A stretch of 64,000 bases of DNA from Ostrea edulis (lineage: Eukaryota): assembly GCF_947568905.1 (NCBI RefSeq), contig NC_079164.1, positions 87,854,001-87,918,000 on the forward strand, in the 5' to 3' direction. Within the stretch, counting starts at the first letter, position 1. Every line of letters starts with the position of its first letter. Below, piece by piece: positions 61,201 through 64,000 of this stretch. The notes beneath the pieces are model-generated. The model was given only the letters and a program-made list of their open reading frames with translations, was not told the DNA's origin and searched no databases. Both the position numbers and the translations under genes were made by a program.

Positions 61201-62972
61201 TTCTTTTGACATTTCCTAGCAATCGATACCAAAATAAACTGATCCTGAAATGGGAGACCACAATTTATAAATTTGATTGTTTTGCATTTTTGCCAGTGTG
61301 TTCTACATGTATGATGCAGGATTTCCCAACAATTTAGATATGAGTGTAGTGACTTATTTTGTAATCTTAATTCATGTATATGATTGTGCTGTTTCTACTG
61401 TTTTTAAGCCTTGGTCTTGAAGAAGACAAAATTGATGAAGATCGTCGGGGGATTCGTCTGGAGGTTATTCATTTCCGTGGTCTAAAAGACATGAACACCA
61501 AGGATGTGTTTGAGTATTACAGAGAATTTAATCCTGGAAATGTGGAGTGGATTGATGATCAATCATGTAGGTTTTATTTTTAAAAACAAAACTGCACATC
61601 ATTAGTATATGTTTATGAAAAAGGTCTTAAATAGAAATCAGTCCTCATGATTTGGGCTTCAACATGTTCAAGGTAAAATGTTTAATAGCATTTGTAATGG
61701 TTTCATTGAAGCTAAACATACCCCTAAACACATTATACATAAATACAATGTACCCTCGCTATATCGCCAGCTTTTGTCCCACTCTATTTTGGCGTAATAT
61801 CAAGGGTGGCATTATAAAGAGTGTGACCATTTTAGTTCATCAATTTGAAGAAAATGTAGTTTATTCCTTAATAGATTATAATAGTGGGATGTTCTGCACT
61901 TGTGCATTTGTAAAACACATAAGTATATGCACAACCATTTCATTTGTGTTAAGGTAGATTCAATGCTGACTGAATACGATGAGGTTGACAGACGCGTGTA
62001 ATGGCTGCTGCTTTTTTTTCTGGAAAACAGAAATATGACATCACAGACATCAATACACACAAAATTTACAGCAGTTGTTAATAGGTCTTTCTCTGTTGTT
62101 TATGTGTTCTGTTGGCAATTCTAAAGGACAGCTTTTGAGACAATTTTTAAATGACTGTATTCAAGCTACTATCGCAGTCACCTATACGTACCTGCTTTCA
62201 TGACACAGTTTAGGTTTAGATTCGCTACAATTCACCTGCTTTCATGACACAGTTTAGATTTAGATTCGTTGCAATTCACCGGACAGACCAATTGTGTAGA
62301 ATTTATGGCTTCTGATGCCTGATTGTTGACATTTTTATTGGGAGATGTACAGTGTATAATGGTAATTTGACCTTTTGAACATGAAAACGGTTGGCGGATG
62401 GCGATAGGAGAGTTTGGCATTATATCAGGGTTTTTTTTAGCGTGTATGAAAATTATTATACATGTAGATGGAAAGAAACATTCAAATTCATTGTTATTTT
62501 TTTGCATACCAGTACATGTAACTGTAAGTAGAATGCTTTCTTAGTTTGTACATGTATTACAAAATTCTCTAGCAATCCAGAAAATAAAAGGCTCAACTGG
62601 CAGCCATCTTGACATCTTGTGCTTGGGTGAAATTTAACTGAATAACGAGCAGTCCATGAAGTCCTATTAAAGACGACTGTGCACACTTTAACTTGGAATC
62701 TAGATACAGGGGAAAGGCAGAATATATCACATATCTTTTAGAGCTTTGGTGTGTTTCTAGGGGGATATTTTTTTTAAAGATAATGTTACCAAACAAATTA
62801 TGGTGACTAATCATACACGCTTGTAGATGCTAATGGTGTAAACTTTATTTAGGTAATGTAGTGTGGCAAGATCCCCTTTATACAGCTAGAGCCATGCTCA
62901 AGTTAAGCAAGAGCTATGAAGAAGCTATGCTAAAAGACAGCAGAGCAGAGGAAACCACTGAATCAGACACAG
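55231..62972 (+). CDS. NCBP3: Nuclear cap-binding protein subunit 3, 5' partial gene; join(55231..55557 or 55602,58957..58998,59184..59272,61409..61566,62853..62972,...) continuing beyond the window
   Basis: Acidic N-terminus, then KAKRLG and IRLEVIHFRGLKDMNTKDVFEYYREFNPGNVEWIDDQS-CNVVWQDPLYTARAML, matching the NCBP3 RRM-like motif (EWLDD.SCNVVW). Junctions are in phase. The first donor is ambiguous. Confidence 0.92.
56880..58109. mobile_element. hAT-like non-autonomous element
   Basis: Termini tagggctg / cagcccaa with exact 8-bp TSD gtttacac (56872-56879, 58110-58117). Confidence 0.85.
57068..57502 (-). mobile_element. 5'-truncated L1/Tx1-like LINE
   Basis: Poly(A) tail, 16-bp TSD tactctgctgagattt (57052-57067, 57503-57518), and ORF2 C-terminus INFIILYAKQYIFIC..KYHVEKY..FNKIWMKW. 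Confidence 0.88.
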
Positions 62973-64000
62973 GTAAATATAATATAGTGGGGCTTTGGTA
63001 ATCCAGATGCCATTAATCCGGACGAAGCACCTTCCAGGTGATTGTTTGGGGGAACCGAATTTTTATGTTATTTTGCATCGATAATCCTGAATTTCGCATT
63101 CCGAATCCAGACAGTCAGTTTTTGCTACAAAATGTTAATATGGATTGAAAATAGAAGCCATTCTTTCTGATGAAAACAATTACAGTGAAATATCTCTATC
63201 TCGAAGTCTGAGGGACCTCGAAAAAAACTTCGAGATATCCGGGGGTTCGAGATATCCAAAATTGATCTTAGATATTTTTTTGAAGGAGGATATTTGATGC
63301 TTAGTATGAGATTTGCATTATAAACAACAACCCCGTTGCCGTTTCTTATAGTATAATACAAGTTGATAAATTAAAATTGTGGAATTTCAAAGAGAAACAT
63401 TTCTTTTTTTTTTTAAATATATATAAACATCCAGTTGAATTCACAATGTGTTTCAAAATTAAGATGATTGTGCCTGGATGCTTACTTTAAGTTTACTGAT
63501 GTCCAGGCTCGACTGGGATGTAGTTATTGCGTTGTAATGAAAGAACCTATCACATAAGAAACAAACCACAAAAAAAAAGACGGATTTTTAAAACACTACT
63601 TTTAAATGTTTTATTAAATAAATTTTCGTGTTTTCTCTGTACTAGTTTTAATGATGAAGCGTGTATTATTGAATGCATTATCGTTATTAAGAGCATTACC
63701 TTCAAGCGTACTTCGACGATTTCGTGCGTTTATCTAACCCACATGTTTATGATAGAGCGTGTGTCATTGAAAACACCATCCCTGGAATCGGGTGTGTTAG
63801 TTCATAATTGGCGGTGAACTTTAGCCATAATATTGGAAGGCCTCACTAATTGCCCAAGCTGTTGAACCATTTATTGCAACCTGGGTCTACTCGGAAAAGG
63901 CGAGCGTGGATTAGCGGTCATTAATTAAAATTTGTATTAAGATAATCAAGTGAGATACATCACCTTCTGACAACTTGTATTAAAATAATCAAGTGAGGTA

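Noticed and set aside
61954-62010. Candidate NCBP3 exon after gtgttaag
   Set aside because: It gives an early stop in the required phase; 62853..62972 supplies the conserved CNVVW.

Overview
AT-rich, repeat-dense eukaryotic (intron-containing) genomic DNA, most likely an oyster or other bivalve; this is inferred from the style of the Helentron/HINE satellite carriers and SINEs, not from a search. I assembled the spliced gene models by hand from GT-AG sites and frame continuity. (1) A + strand 324-aa gene fuses a degenerate Tpt1/KptA-like N-lobe to a BC-box-like motif and AMN1-like leucine-rich repeats. (2) PTRH2 lies on the - strand. (3) A p24/TMED gene (+) has introns 2 and 3 filled by minisatellites that begin at the splice donors. 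(4) A small secreted-type Cys-rich protein (-) ends in RDEL. (5) A CARF-like gene (-) is broken by two homopolymer frameshifts. (6) The 5' part of NCBP3 (+) runs off the right end. The rest is nested non-autonomous DNA transposons (hAT-, Kolobok-, EnSpm-like, TA-MITEs), Helentron-like satellite carriers, SINEs, LINE and Penelope fragments, minisatellites and one 129-N gap. The top candidates for novelty are the Tpt1-lobe/BC-box/LRR fusion, a miniature LTR element whose LTRs carry tRNA-derived sequence, and an array of about 40 copies of a real 5' splice site. No database search was possible, so family names come from motif recognition.
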